64,000 nt of DNA from Octopus vulgaris (GCA_951406725.2 OX597819.1:15314001-15378000); one strand, 5' to 3'; positions 12,148-25,548 are shown, counted from the stretch's first letter. The notes: a model not told the origin generated them from the letters alone. Made by a program: numbers and translations.

Positions 12148-13029
12148 TCAGTCATTTTTCAGATTATTTAAATCAAAAATGATTTACTGCTAACATCTCC
12201 AGGACATTTTGATCAGCTTGATCTCTGGTTGTTATTGTGTGTCTTGGAGGTTCTTGGATGTCTCTGTGTTACAAGACTGAATTTAGAGTAAGAAACTGTT
12301 AACAGTTAGTGTAGAAATGCTAGTTATTCCTGGATATGTGTTAAATACACATCCAGGGTGAAAGCAGCTGATGGTGATGATGATTGGAGATGAAGCTGGT
12401 CAGAATTTAATGTGCTTGTGCCACATAAAAAGCACTAAGTCCACTCTGCTGAGTGGTTGGTGTTACGAAGGGCATCCAGCTGTAAAAGTCCTGCCAAAAT
12501 AGTCACAGAAGTCCGGTGGAACATGGATGTCAAACGATGATGATGATGGTGGTGATTTCAAAAAGATTTTCCTCTCTAGATAATGTTGGTTAAAAATAAA
12601 ACATATATGCAATTTACCTGAGATAGTTAATCACAGCAGTTACATTCAAACTTACCTATGTTGAGCAGGAAAGGTTACTAAGTGCACACACATGCAAATG
12701 ATGAACAAATGATAATCGATACTATAGAAGTGAGACAATTACAAGGGAAGCTTTTAGGCCAAAAGCTGACTGATAAAAACACAAAGTAAAAAACAGGCTA
12801 CTTTCTTGTAACTAACAGAGCATGACTGGATTATAAGGACTTTTTACTGAATCAGCCAGAAATTGTTTTATTTGTTTTTTGGGGTTTTTTTTGAGTCTTT
12901 GACTTGGCTTTGTTTCTTGTTTATCATCATCACAGGTAACTAGTTTTTCTTCATCAATGGAAACAAATTGTTCTTCCCATCCAGTGACTACTCTTGTTCA
13001 CCTGAGCAGAGTTTAGATCCTATTTGAAT

Positions 13030-13425
13030 TTTTTTTTTTTTTTTTAAGCACTCCGTCGGTTACGATGATGAGGGTTCCGGTTGATCCGAATCAACGGAAC
13101 ACCCTACTCATGAAATTAATGTGTAAGTGGCTGAGCACTCCACAGACACGTGTACCCTTAACATAGTTCTCAGGGATATTCAGCGTGACACAGAGTGACA
13201 AGGCCGGCCCTTTGAACTACAGGTACAACAGAAACAGGAAGTAAGAGTGAGAGAAAGTTGTGGTGAAAGAGTACAGCAGGGATCACCACCATCCCCTGCC
13301 GGAGCCTCATGGAGCTTTAGGTGTTTTTCGCTCAATAAACACTCACAACGCCCGGTCTGGGAATCGAAACCGCGATCCTATGACTGTGAGTCCGCTGCCC
13401 TAACCACTGGGCCATTGCGCCTCCA
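13030..13425 (-). mobile_element. SINE family B with A-tail and TSD atttgaatt
   Basis: Reverse complement of the 7954 copy. Confidence 0.9.
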
Positions 13426-14046
13426 TTTGAATTACAGTAACTAATATAACAATAGACCTTCTCTCATGCCTTTTAGATGATGTTTTTACAAGGAAGGAAA
13501 CAAATAGAAAATTGAAATTATAACAGAGACAAAAAGGATATTAGCAATGTGTTTTTTTTTTATATTAAAAGATTTTTTTCCTCTCGCCATATTTTATGAT
13601 AAATTGTCAGTTGGGTATGATTAAAGAACCCTATAAATTGGCAATGCAAAGAGTGGTGTTTCCTTCACCTTAGGGGCCAAATCTTCCTCAAAATCCACAC
13701 TACAGTCAGAGAGAGGTGGTGGTGGCACTTAAATAGATTGTCTGAAAATTAAAGATGCAGTGGTCATGTCTGGAATGCTTTTGATCATAGCCCTGCCAAA
13801 TCAGAGTTGAAGTGAGGTTTAACAGCAGCAGCAACATGTCGTGGCGTCAAATTTTAGCCCAAGGCCGGCAATTTCGGCGGGAGGGGATGATGAGTCAATC
13901 ACATTGACCCCCCCCCCAGTGTTCAACTGGTACTTATTTTATTAACCCCAAAAGGATGAAAGGCAAAGTTGATGTCAGTGGAATTTGAACTCTGAATGTA
14001 AGAGGGAGGAAACGCTGCTAAGCATTTTGCCTGCCCTGATAACGAT

Positions 14047-15486
14047 GACTGCGGCCATGCTGGAGCACTGCCTTTAGTCGAACAAATCAACCCCAAGACT
14101 TATTCTATCAGTCTCTTTTGCTGAACTGCTAAGTTTTGGGGATGTAAACACACCAACACCAGTTGACAAGCGCTGGTGCAGGGGACAAACAAACACAGAC
14201 ACAAATATACACACACACACACACACACGATGGGCTTCTTTCAGTTACTGCCTACCAAATCCACTCTCAAGGCTTTGGTCGGCCCGAGGCTATAGTTGAA
14301 GACACTTGCCCAAGGTACCATGCAGTGGGACTGAACCCAGAACCATGTGGTTTGGGAAGCAAGCTTCATACCACACTGCCACTCCTCAACATCATCTTCA
14401 TCATCATCGTTTAGCATCCGTTTTCCATGCTAGCATGGGTTGGACGGTTCTACTGGGGTCTGTGAAGCCAGAAGGCTTCATCAGGCCCAGTCAAATCTGG
14501 CAGTGTTTCTACGGCTGGATGCCCTTCCTAACGCCAACCACTGTATCATATAAATACATGTTTTAGAGAGAATATCAAAGTAGTTGTGTATTTGATTTTA
14601 TGGAATCACTGGTTCATTAATTGATTTGAAATATCTTTTTTTTTTGTCTTTTACTTGTTTGTCATTTGACTGTGACCATGCTGGGGCACCACCTTGAAGG
14701 CTTTTGCCTTTTTTTTTTTAAAGCCTAGTTCTTATTCTATTGACCTCTTTTTGCAGAACTGCTAAGTTATGGGGGACATAAACACATCTACACCATTTGT
14801 CAAGTGGTGATGGGGCATACACACACACACACATACACACACACACACACACACACATATGATGGGCTTCTTCCAATTTCCATTTACCAAATCTACTCAC
14901 AAGACTTTGGTTGGCACAAGGCTGTAGAAGATGCTTGCCCAAGGGACCTTACAGTGGAACTGAACCCAGAAGCATGTGGTTGGAAAGTAAGCTTCTTACC
15001 ACTCAGCCATGCCTTAGATTGTTTTAATATTACTCTTTACTCTTTTACTTGTTTCAGTCATTTGACTGCGGCCATGCTGGAGCACCGCCTTTAGTCGAGC
15101 AAATCGACCCCAGGACTTATTCTTTGTAAGCCCAGTACTTATTCTATCGGTCTCTTTTGCCGAACCGCTAAGTGATGGGGACATAAACACACCAGCATCG
15201 GTTGTCAAGCAATGCTAGGGGGACATAAACACACCAGCATCGGTTGTCAAGCAATGCTAGGGGGACAAACACAGACACACAAACATACACACACACACAT
15301 ATATATATACATACATATATACGACGGGCTTCTTTCAGTTTCCGTCTACCAAATCCACTCACAAGGCTTTGGTTGGCCCGGGGCTATAGTAGAAGACACT
15401 TGCCCAAGATGCCACGCAGTGGGACTGAACCCGGAACCTAGTGGTTGGTAAGCAAGCTACTTACCACACAGCCACTCCTGCGCCTA
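14047..15486 (-). mobile_element. Three SINE family A copies (about 14047-14388, 14645-15015, 15033-15486); the last has a ~42-bp internal duplication
   Basis: Repeated antisense family A body. Confidence 0.85.
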
Positions 15487-16042
15487 TATTGCGTATAAAG
15501 TCCAATTGAATGGCAGCTTTATTGGGTCTCAGTTGTCTCAATCCTTCTTCTGAAATTATCTTGTTTTCTAAATTCACTAAACATAATCCTATTTAATTTT
15601 GCAATGAAAGGATTTGGTGAACATAAACAGAAGCAAAAATACTAAAGTAGCAATCCTTGTCAGTTCGAATTCTCTGTTGGGAATCTTATCTGTTCTGATA
15701 CAGCTTAGCTTTGATATCCTCATACTTAGTCATAAACACTTTATGCTACAAATTAAAAGTCAATAAAGAAACCCTTATAATGTTATGAAAGCTGCTGGAA
15801 ATAGCAGCCAAATCTCACTCGTACCATAATACTATTTTAAAAGGGATGGACTCATTATTGGGTAATGTAGTCCTAGACTACCTTTGCTTAAAAGAATGTA
15901 ATGGCTTCGGCTTGAATAGTTTTCATTAAAAGTCTGTTTGATCAGGACTTACTGGGGCTAACTAGCTGCAAATAAATGTGATAAAATCTCTGTTAATATT
16001 CAAACTACTGATGATGGAACTTTGTTTTACTTTTTCTTTCAG

Positions 16043-16186
16043 TGTTGAACGGTTATTTAATCAGCTTGTCCAATTCCAGCACCCAGCTCTAGAGCCACTT
16101 ATTATCACAGACGATGGTGTGTTGTCTGTTAAATCTGAGTACCTCTGTGATCCTAAAGCCTTGTATATTTTATTTTACATTCATGG
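16043..16186 (+). CDS. GGNBP2: GGNBP2-like coding exon 2 (SVERLFNQLVQFQHPALEPL...LFYIHG)
   Basis: Acceptor ttctttcag, donor GG|gtaagt; 144 nt, phase 2-2. Matches human 'SVERLFSQLVESGNPALEPL...LFYVHG'. Confidence 0.95.
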
Positions 16187-16242
16187 GTAAGTGTTTTGTT
16201 ATTTATTTATTTCTGATTTCAAATAATTAATATCTATGGGTT

Positions 16243-16880
16243 AGCCTCATGGAGGCAAAGTGGCTGAATTCCTTCTGACTGTTGAGCCTCACGGAAGCAA
16301 AGTGGCTGAGTTCCTTCCGACTGTTGAGCCTCACGGATACAAAGTGGCTGTGTTCCTTCCGACTGTTGAGCCTCACGGAGGTTAAGTGACTGTGTTCCTT
16401 CTGACTGTTGAGCCTCACGGAGGCAAAGTGGCTGTGTTCTTTCCGACTGTTGAGCCTCACAGAGGCAAAGTGGTTGTGTTCCTTCCGACTGTTGAGCCTC
16501 ACGGAGGCAAAGTGGCTGTGTTCCTTCTGACTGTTGAGCCTCACGGAGGCAAAGTGGCTGTGTTCCTTCTGACTGTTGAGCATCACGGAGGCAAAGTGGC
16601 TGTGTTCCTTCCGACTGTTGAGCCTCACGGAGGCAAAGTGGCTGTGTTCCTTCCGACTGTTGAGCCTCACGGAGGCAAAGTGGCTGTGTTCCTTCCGACT
16701 GTTGAGCCTCACGGAGGCAAAGTGGCTGTGTTCCTTCCGACTGTTGAGCCTCACGGAGGCAAAGTGGCTGTGTTCCTTCTGACTGTTGAGCCTCACGGAG
16801 GCAAAGTGGCTGTGTTCCTTCTGACTGTTGAGCCTCACGGAGGTAAAGTGGCCGAGTTCCTTTCGAGTATTGGGCCTCAC
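16243..16880. repeat. 42-bp minisatellite, about 15 copies (ctgttgagcctcacggaggcaaagtggctgtgttccttccga)
   Basis: Directly visible; gives 14-aa periodicity in the ORF track. Confidence 0.97.
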
Positions 16881-17160
16881 ATAGGCAATGACCGAGACCT
16901 TTCGCATTATGTTGTTCTTCAGAAGAAGACCCATCAAGCCGAGCAAAATCGCAGTTGTGGCAGATACCGGTGTCATGCAAACGGCACCCGTGTCGGTGGC
17001 ACATAAAAGCACTCCATTATACTCTCGGAGTAGATGGCGTTAGGATGGGCATCCAGCTGTAGAAAACTGTGCCAAATCAGATTGGAGTCTGGTGCAGGCT
17101 TCCAGCTTACAAACCCTGGTCAAACTGTCCAACCCAACAGATGTTAAATGATGATGATAA
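16243..17160 (+). mobile_element. RTE 3'-end derivative carrying a 42-bp tandem array
   Basis: The array runs into ORF2-end sequence (gggcctcac..aggcaatgaccgagacct) and the family tail ttaaatgatgatgat. Confidence 0.8.
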
Positions 17161-17597
17161 TGAGGAGGAGGAGGAGGAGGAGTTGTAGCAATCTGAATGA
17201 GTGGTTAGGTTAAATGAAGACAACCAACTGGCAGATTGTCAGATGATACAAAGTGATTGACAAATAGGGGATATTTTGCAGGTGAACTAAGTATACTAGC
17301 TATACTGTCTTACTGGCTTCTGTTGATGTGGCCATGCTGGGGCATGAGTGCTGTATCAAAATAGACTTTTTATAACTGAATTCTTAAACTAGATGAACAA
17401 ACATATCTGGCCTTGTATAAGCAATTTTAGATTATGGTATGAAAATCTTTTTTCTTATAGCTGTGGATTTATTTATATATGTTAGATGATGGTGATTGTA
17501 CTTTCTCTGGTAAATATAGTAAATAATATTTCTGCAAACTACTATAAAATCATTGGCCCAAAATATTCTCTGTAATTAATGTTTCTGCTGAATTTAT

Positions 17598-17954
17598 ATG
17601 TGGTAAGACGCTTGCTTACCAACCACATGGTTCTGGGTTCAGTCCCACTGCGTGCCACCTTGGGCAAGTGTCTCCTGCTATAGCCTCGGGCTGACCAAAG
17701 CCTGCCTTGTGAGTGGATTTGGTAGATGGAAACTGAAAGAAGCCCGTCATATATATATATATGTGTGTTTGTCCCTCCAACATTGCTTGGCAACTGATGT
17801 TGGTGTGTTTGCATTCCTGTAACTTAGTGGTTCAGCAAAACAGACCAATAGAAAAAGTACAAGGCTTACAAAGAATAAGTCCTGGGGGCGAATTGCTTGA
17901 CTAAAGGTGGTGCCCCAGCATGGCCTTTAGTCAAATGGCTCAAACAAGTAAAAG

Positions 17955-17957
<3 letters not shown>
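17598..17957 (+). mobile_element. SINE family A
   Basis: Head, body and tail match the family. Confidence 0.82.
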
Positions 17958-17992
<35 letters not shown>

Positions 17993-18006
17993 TGCTTTGT
18001 CTTTAA

Positions 18007-18227
18007 CCCTTTAGTGTTCAGATTACTCTGTTAAATGTAATGCTTTTTTTTATTAAAATTGTTTTTAATTAATCCTGCATTATCTTATAGCTTTTGAGGT
18101 TTCAGTGATGTGATTGTTTATTTTTAGAATGTCAATGTAGATTAGGTGTGAGAGGCCAGATATCGCAGGTTTGAATATAAAACATAGAATATTTGGGCGG
18201 GATATGGCCAGTTTAAACACTAAAGGG
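18007..18227. mobile_element. TTAA-flanked (piggyBac-like) MITE family 1; related copies at 27794-28015 and 48121-48329
   Basis: TTAA|ccctttagtgtt...aacactaaaggg|TTAA. Confidence 0.8.
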
Positions 18228-18505
18228 TTAAATATATTCAAAATAACTTGTTTCAAGATATAAAGAACAAAAGAACTGAAGCAAAACTAAGTCAGTCACA
18301 AGGCTTATCTGTCATTTCATGCTATTGTCTTTTTGTGTGTTTTTTCTTTTTCCTGTTACCTTTAGATAAACTTAGTTATCAGGCAGGACTATCTGTTAAG
18401 CTGCCTGCAGCACATTAAGCTTGTGAGTCTATTGATTAGGAGCTGGTTACAAAAAGAAAAAAAAAAAAATTAGAAGGGTTGTAGAGTTCATCTGTCATGT
18501 TAGAG

Positions 18506-18964
18506 GAGTGTTTCTCAACCAGGGTTCCACAGAAGGTTCCTAGGGGTTCCGTGAGAAAGAGTGAAATAAGCTAACACTAATTTCATGATCGTAATATTAT
18601 TATACATGCACAACATATTATTGGTTATTGTAATATAAGACATCATCCTATCTAACATATTATCAAAAAAATATAACAACCATATATATATATATATCAT
18701 CATCGTTTAACGTCTGTTTTCCATGCTAGCATGGGTTAGATGATTTGACTGAGGTCTGGAGACTCAGCAGCTGCCCCATGCTCCAGTCTGATTGGGCAAT
18801 GTTTCTACAGCTGGATGCCCTTCCTAATGCCAACCACTCCGAGAATGTAGTGGGTGCTTTTTATGTGCCACCAGCACAGGATCCAGTCAGGTGGGCCTGG
18901 CATTGATCACATTCAGATAGTGCTTTTTACATGCCACTAGCATGGGAGCCAGTCAGGGGGCACT

Positions 18965-19004
<40 letters not shown>

Positions 19005-19513
19005 ATTTACAATGTGAACTGCAATGAAAAAATATGAGAAAGGAGTGGCTGTGTGGTAAGTAGCTTGCTAACCGACCACATGGTTCCGGGTTCAGTCCCA
19101 CTGCGTGGCATCTTGGGCAAGTGTCTTCTGCTATAGCCCCGGGCCGACCAATGCCTTGTGAGTGGATTTGATAGACGGAAACTGAAAGAAGCCTGTTGTA
19201 TATATGTATGTATATATATATGTGTGTGTGTATATGTTTGTGTGTCTGTGTTTGTCCCCCTAGCATTGCTTGACAACTGATGCTGGTGTGTTTACGTCCC
19301 CGTCACTTAGCGGTTCGGCAAAAGAGACCGATAGAATAAGTTCTGGGCTTACAAAGAATAAGTCCTGGGGTCGATTTGCTCAACTAAAGGCGGTGCTCCA
19401 GCATGGCTGCAGTCAAATGACTGAAACAAGGTAAAGAGTAAGAGTATATGGTTCCTTGAGACATGTAATCTATTTTAAGGGTTATGCAAGGGTAAAAAGG
19501 TTGAGAAACACTG
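18506..19513. mobile_element. hAT MITE expanded by a nested RTE 3' end and SINE A
   Basis: TIR agtgtttctcaacc / ggttgagaaacact; degenerate 8-bp TSD tgttagag / cgttggag. Confidence 0.72.
19041..19447 (+). mobile_element. SINE family A nested in a hAT MITE
   Basis: Full-length copy. Confidence 0.87.
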
Positions 19514-20264
19514 CGTTGGAGGAATAAAAATGCTATCACCTGGTCCTTGGGTACCATCAGTAAATGTCCACCCTGTTGCAAGCATTCACAGCAGGTTTCT
19601 AATTTGAAGATAAGCCAACAGACCTGGTTTCTTCCTTTGTTTTCTCTGCCTCTCTCAACACAAGCACTCCATTCTAGAAATGTCAGGATTTAATTATCAC
19701 TTTCATTATTGTTGTTGCCACATGTTCCATTTCTATCTTTTACTTATTTCAGTCATTAGGTTGCGACCATGCTGGGGCACCACCTTGAACTTTTAGTCAA
19801 ATGAATTGACCCCAGTACTTTAGTTTTTACACACACACACACACGCACGTACACACATTCTGTCTGCCTGCTTGTCTATGATTTCCTTCTCTGAGCAAAC
19901 TTCTGTTGAGTGGGTGAGAAATGTTCTATTTACAACTCAATCTAATATTGATCTCTCCCTTTACTCTTTTACTTGTTTCAGTTGAAAAGGGTCTTGTCTT
20001 GTGGTGACCTCATTGCTGTTGGTGCCACATAGAAAGCATCCAGTACATTCTGTAAAGTGGTAGACATTAGGAAGGACATGCAGGCTCGGCTTGTTAGCTC
20101 TCGTTGAGCTGTCCAACCCAGGCCAGCATGGAAAAACAGACATTAAATCACAATGATTATTACTGTGTGCGCTTTGGGTGTCTATCAGTCCTCTTATTAG
20201 CTTAAATGAACATTACTGTCATACAAAAAAAAAATAATAATAATAATAATATTGGAAATTGTAG

Positions 20265-20710
20265 TTGTGATACCTGTGCCGGTGGCATGTTAAAAGCGCC
20301 ATCCGTACGTGACCGATGCCAGCGCCGCCTTGACTGGCTTCCGTGCTGGTGGCACGTAAAAAGCAACAACCGATCATGGCTGTTGCCAGCCTGCTCTGGC
20401 ACCTGTGCCGGTGGCACCTAAAAAGCACAGTCTGTACGTGGCTGATGCCAGCGCCGCCTTGACTGGCTTCCGTGCTGGTGGCACGTAAAAAGCAACAACC
20501 GATCGTGGCCGTTGTCAGCCTCCCCTGGTACCTGTGCCGGTGGCATATAAAAAGTACCCACTCCACTCACGGAGTGGTTGGCGTTAGGAAGGGCATCCAG
20601 CCGTAGAAACACTGCCAGATCAGACTGAAGCCTAAACAGCCTCCTGGCTTCCCAGACCCCGGTCAAACCATCCAGCCCATGCTAGCATGGAAAACGGACG
20701 TTAAATGAAT
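20265..20710 (+). mobile_element. RTE 3'-UTR fragment
   Basis: ~60-bp repeats plus tail 'ggagtggttggcgttaggaagggcatccag...ggacgttaaatga'. Confidence 0.8.
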
Positions 20711-21659
20711 AATGATAATAATAATAATAATTGGTAGAATATATCAAATGATGGGTTTCTACCTTGATACACTGAAAGATGAGATCATCACAGCTGGGGT
20801 TTCTGATCATAGGCTAACTTAATGAGATCTTAGAGATAAATGGCAGCAACACACACTCACTCTCTCTCTATCTCTCTCATTTTCTTTTCATTATATCTAT
20901 TTTCTTTTTTAACTTGTCGATTTAAAATACCTCGTCCCATTAGCATAAGCTAGAGTGTATAATAGAACGAGTTTCCTAAATAGATGTTAATTTATGGTGG
21001 TTGGGTTAGAGAGTGAAATCACACACAAGTCTCAATGAGACTCTTCTTAATATCCTGAAGCTGTACAAAGTAACAATACAACATTGATATTGGACAATCT
21101 AGTTAAACAAGAAAAACTTGCTGACCTTCATGAAAAAAAAAGCAACATCTTGCCAGTTAGGGATTGCAGGTCACTAGTTTTGTATGATTTGCTATTTATT
21201 GTATCGGAACTTGTTTTATTGTGTATTTATCTCTAGTGTTATATAAGATCTGGGTGTGGGATATAGTGACACTGATTGCAAAACCGTTGGAAACTTGTAT
21301 TTTTTAATGTAGCGTAACAAAAACTTCAGAAGTGTGATCCGCTTGAAGCAGCAGTCAGATGCCCTTCAGATTATGTACTACCATTGTATTGGAGGGATTT
21401 TTGGATAATGTAGTCTTAGTTATATATAGTTGGATTAAACAAAGAATGCAATTGCTATAGCTTGGTTATGTGTGTGTGTGATCAGGTCTAACCTGGGGTC
21501 AAACAATATCAGCAATGTGTCTCCTTGTGTATGATAGTAAAAAGAGATTTGGTTGCTATATTTAGCAAGTCAAAGAACTATGTAGATGTTTCATTATTGG
21601 TTATGTTAATGATATTAAGTCTGTGATGGAGAAAGGCCAAGATAGACTACCAATGGATT

Positions 21660-22198
21660 CTTGATACTGAAGATGAGGAAGACATGGGACAAGGTGGTGA
21701 AGCATAATCTTCAAACTTTGGGCCTCAAAGAAGCAATGACTACTGACCGAGACCTTTGGTGATACGCTGTGCTTGAGAAGATCCATCAAGCCATGTGAAA
21801 TCACAGTCGTGTCTGATGCTGGTGCCATGTAACTGGCAACCCTGCCGGTGGCATGTGAAAGGCTCCTTTCTGGTGTTGGTCCTCTTAGAAGCAATGACAA
21901 ATGACCGAGGTCTTTAGCATCATGTTGTGCTTGACAAGAAAACCCATCAAGCCAAGTAAAATCACAGTCGTGGCGCATAATGGTGTCACACAAATGGCAC
22001 CTGTGCCGGTGGAACGTAAAAGCATCCATTACACTTTCAGAGTGGTTGGCATTAGGAAGAGCATCCAGCCTTAGAAACCATGCCATGTGAGACTGGATTC
22101 TGGTGCAGCCCCTCAGCTTACCAGACCTGATCAAACTGTCCAACTCATGCCAGCATGGACAATGGATGTTAAATGATGATGATGATAATGATGATGAT
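21660..22198 (+). mobile_element. RTE ORF2 end plus 3' UTR fragment
   Basis: Duplicated ORF-end segment followed by the (GAT)n tail. Confidence 0.75.
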
Positions 22199-22712
22199 TG
22201 TCTTTGGGTCAGTCCCACTGTGTGGCACCTTGGATAAGTGTCTTGTACTATAACTCCAGATCAACTAAGGCCTTGTGAGTGGAAACTGAAAGAAGCTTGT
22301 CATGTGTGTATATGTGCATGTAACAGTCTCCTTGCTTTGACTTCATGTGATAGTTGTAAAAGACTGTTACAATCATGTAAATTGTGTCCTTTGTTCCCAA
22401 TCTTCCATGAAAACATGTCTGGTCATGGGGAAATATTACTTTACACTTGGAAGCAGGTAAGGGTTGGCAACAGGAAGGGCATCTGGCAGCAAATAATCTG
22501 TCTCAACAAACTCCATCAGATCCTTGCAAGCATAGGATGTTAAATGATGTGGAGTGTATCTTTGCTAAGAACAAAATGAATCTTTAATATTGCAATGTAA
22601 CTTGTATTAAAATCACTTTAGTTTTAAAGCTCCAGCTGTGTGTGTGTGTGTGTCACAGGAGGTTTCACATTTGGATGTTGGCTTCTCACCTTTGCTTTAT
22701 GTAGTTCAGCAC

Positions 22713-23082
22713 TTATTACCTCGGCCTTAGCAAAAGCAGAGGTATTGTTTTCAGTCCTGTTTGTTTGTCTGTCCGTGGACAAGATATCTCAAGTACCACT
22801 GGATGGATTTGGATGAAACTTTCAGGGATGTTTGGCTTCATGACTGTCATAAATTGATTAGATTTTAGGATCAATCGGTACCAGACAAGGATTCTGAATT
22901 ATTTTTCCTGTTTTTTTTCACTTAAGTCTTGAAAGTGGTCAAGTTCATTTTTAGTATTCTCACTTGTGGGAGCAGCTGAGTTTATTTCAGACATTCTCAT
23001 TTTAAAAATCATCTCTGACTAATCGTTGAGAGGACGTTAGTGTTGCCTTGGCAGAGGTTTGCACTCTCTGAATGCTCTTGTT
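22713..23082 (+). mobile_element. Helentron-associated (HINE/DINE-like) element
   Basis: ttattacctcggcc...ttggcagaggt subterminal inverted repeats, (gttt/gtct)n tract, 3' hairpin gcactctctgaatgc. Confidence 0.7.
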
Positions 23083-23133
23083 GGTTTTGAGTTCAACCTT
23101 AACTTCCGTCCTGGTAATATAGATGTGTATTTG

Positions 23134-23363
23134 AAAGGCGATGAGCTGGCAGAATCGTTAGCACGCCAGACAAAATGCTTAGCGGTATTTCGTCTGCCAC
23201 TACGTTCTGAGTTCAAATTCCGCCGAGGTTGACTTTGCCTTTCATCCTTTCAGGGTCGATTAAATAAGTACCAGTTACGCACTGGGGTCGATGTAATTGA
23301 TTTAGTCCCGTTCTCTCTCCTTGTTTGTCCCCTATATGTTTAGCCCCTTGTGGGCAATATAGA
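23134..23363 (+). mobile_element. tRNA-derived SINE family C with CORE-like domain (tttgcctttcatcctttcggggtcgat..aagtaccag)
   Basis: A box tggcagaatcgtt, B box gagttcaaattcc. Further copies at about 24305, 39350 and 61310 (+) and 13860, 38930 and 47053 (-). Confidence 0.82.
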
Positions 23364-24420
23364 ATTAAATATAGATGTGTGTTTGACAATAGATTGATTC
23401 AGTCAGTTAAGCATGACAAAAAGTAGCATAGTGTTTATAAATTTCTGAAAGTTTGTTCTTATGTAGGCAATGCTTGTTATTTTTCTCTCATATCTCTGAT
23501 GTAAATTGATAGAGAATTTAGTTATTCTATTTCATTTAAAACAACCATGTAAAAATATTTAAAATTTCATAATTGGTTACCATATTTGCTTATGTTTGTG
23601 TGTGTGTAAATGGATCTTTGTTGTGATTTTATGATGTGTATTCCAAGTGTTCAGTCCCTGGCACCACCTACACATGATGTTCTAGGAACAGTGCCTGAGT
23701 GTTGTACAAACACTTGTGTCCACAATATATATTCCTTGAGCAGAATTGGACAATGCTGGTGTCTCTTTCTTTGGATTACAGGCATGGTATTCCTGTGATC
23801 TCTTCTAAATAGTTTTCATCGATCCATTTCATACACAAAACTCAGAGCAACTCGAGGCTGTACTAAAAACTATTTCTTATGCGATGTTTGTACCTGGATC
23901 ATATTAATTGCAAAATGAACTTCTGAAACCATTCAGTCATGCTCACACATACACACACACACACACACACGTGTGTGCACACTGGCCATAGAAACCTCTT
24001 AAAAATGTAGCCACACCTTAAGTGTGCAAAGCCACTGATATCACTGACTGTTCCAAAAAGACAAGTGATTTATGTCCTGGTGAACTTTCTAGAAGTGATT
24101 TTCTTAATTGTAAAAATATTAAAAAAAAATTTCATGCTCTGTCATTGGGTTCCAACCTTGTACCGTTGAGAGAGTGGTGGGGAGAGCGGTATAGTTAATA
24201 TTGAATGTTGTGATTGAGTTTTTTTCACAGTCTACATTCCTTACTTTCTGACCTGGCATATGTATATCTCACATACTTGTTAGAAATATACTTCCTTATT
24301 TAATGAAAGTTGCAAGTTGGCACTTGTTAGCACACTGAATGAAATGCTTAATGGTATTTAATCTGCTGCTACATTTTGAGTTCAAATTCCGCCGAGGTCG
24401 ACTTCGCCTTTCATCCTTTC

Positions 24421-24708
24421 GGGGTCGATAAATTAAGTACCAGTTATGCACTGAGGTCGATACAGTCGAGCACTTGAGTTAATATGACTGACGGGGTCGA
24501 TAAATTAGGTACCAGTTATGCACTGGGGTCGATACAGTTGAGCACTTGGGTTAATATGACTGATGGGGTCGATAAATTAGGTACCAGTTATGCACTGGGG
24601 TCGATACAGTCGAGCACTTGGGTTAATATGACTGACGGGGTCGATAAATTAGGTACCAGTTATGCACTGGGGTCGATACAGTCGAGCACTTGGGTTAATA
24701 TGACTGAC
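24421..24708. repeat. 72-bp tandem repeat, 4 copies, inside a family C SINE
   Basis: Units start at 24421, 24493, 24565 and 24637; 24-aa periodicity in the ORF track. Confidence 0.95.
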
Positions 24709-25223
24709 TTAAGTACTCTTGGGTAAGAGAATAAAATCTGCACCACATTGCCAACCCATCTGAAGCCAGTGTAGCAGAGTATGGTCTCTTCAAAGGGTAC
24801 GATCTCTTTGTGGGGAGACAGAACATGCTGAGGCCTTTGCTCTGCAGTGGACTGATCATTGGCAGTCCAGTTCAATTCAATAAAATTATAGACAGGAGCT
24901 TCAAACAGCTACCAAATCACCCTCAAATCCCTTCCTACCCATATTAAAAATAATTATACTGTTGTCTTGGTGTAATTAGGCCAGTATTGGGTAATATTGC
25001 CCTAGTTATGTTATACAAATAAAAAGTGAGAAAGTCATGGCTGGAATGCCTTTGAATATAAGTCTACTTACACGGGGCTGACCTTGGGCTAGAAGATGAC
25101 AAATCAAATTTGTAATACGCTTTTAGATTTATATAGCTGTACTCACATAGACACATGTAATGCATGTGTGTATATGCAGTAGAATTGATTTTTAATTATC
25201 AAATCGCAAATATAACAATCTTT

Positions 25224-25507
25224 CCTGTTTTATATTTAAGAGCTGAGGAATTATTTACATTTGAAGGATATTTGTCCTCCTTTTGTTTGTTGTTAACACA
25301 ACGTTTCAGCTGATATACCCTCCAGCCTTCATTAGGTGTCTTGGGGAAATTTTGAACCTGGGTTCTCATTCCTAAAGTATTTTTCAATGTTGTTGTTATT
25401 ATTATTATTATTATTCAGGTCACTGCCTGGAATCGAATTTGACATCTTGGAGTTAGTAGCCCGTGCTCTACTAACCCCAAGATTCTAAGTTCAATTCCAG
25501 GCAGTGA

Positions 25508-25548
<41 letters not shown>

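Noticed and set aside
16227-17012. ORFs of 206-261 aa with 14-aa repeats
   Set aside because: They result from a stop-free 42-bp minisatellite inside an RTE-derived element; no splice or homology support.
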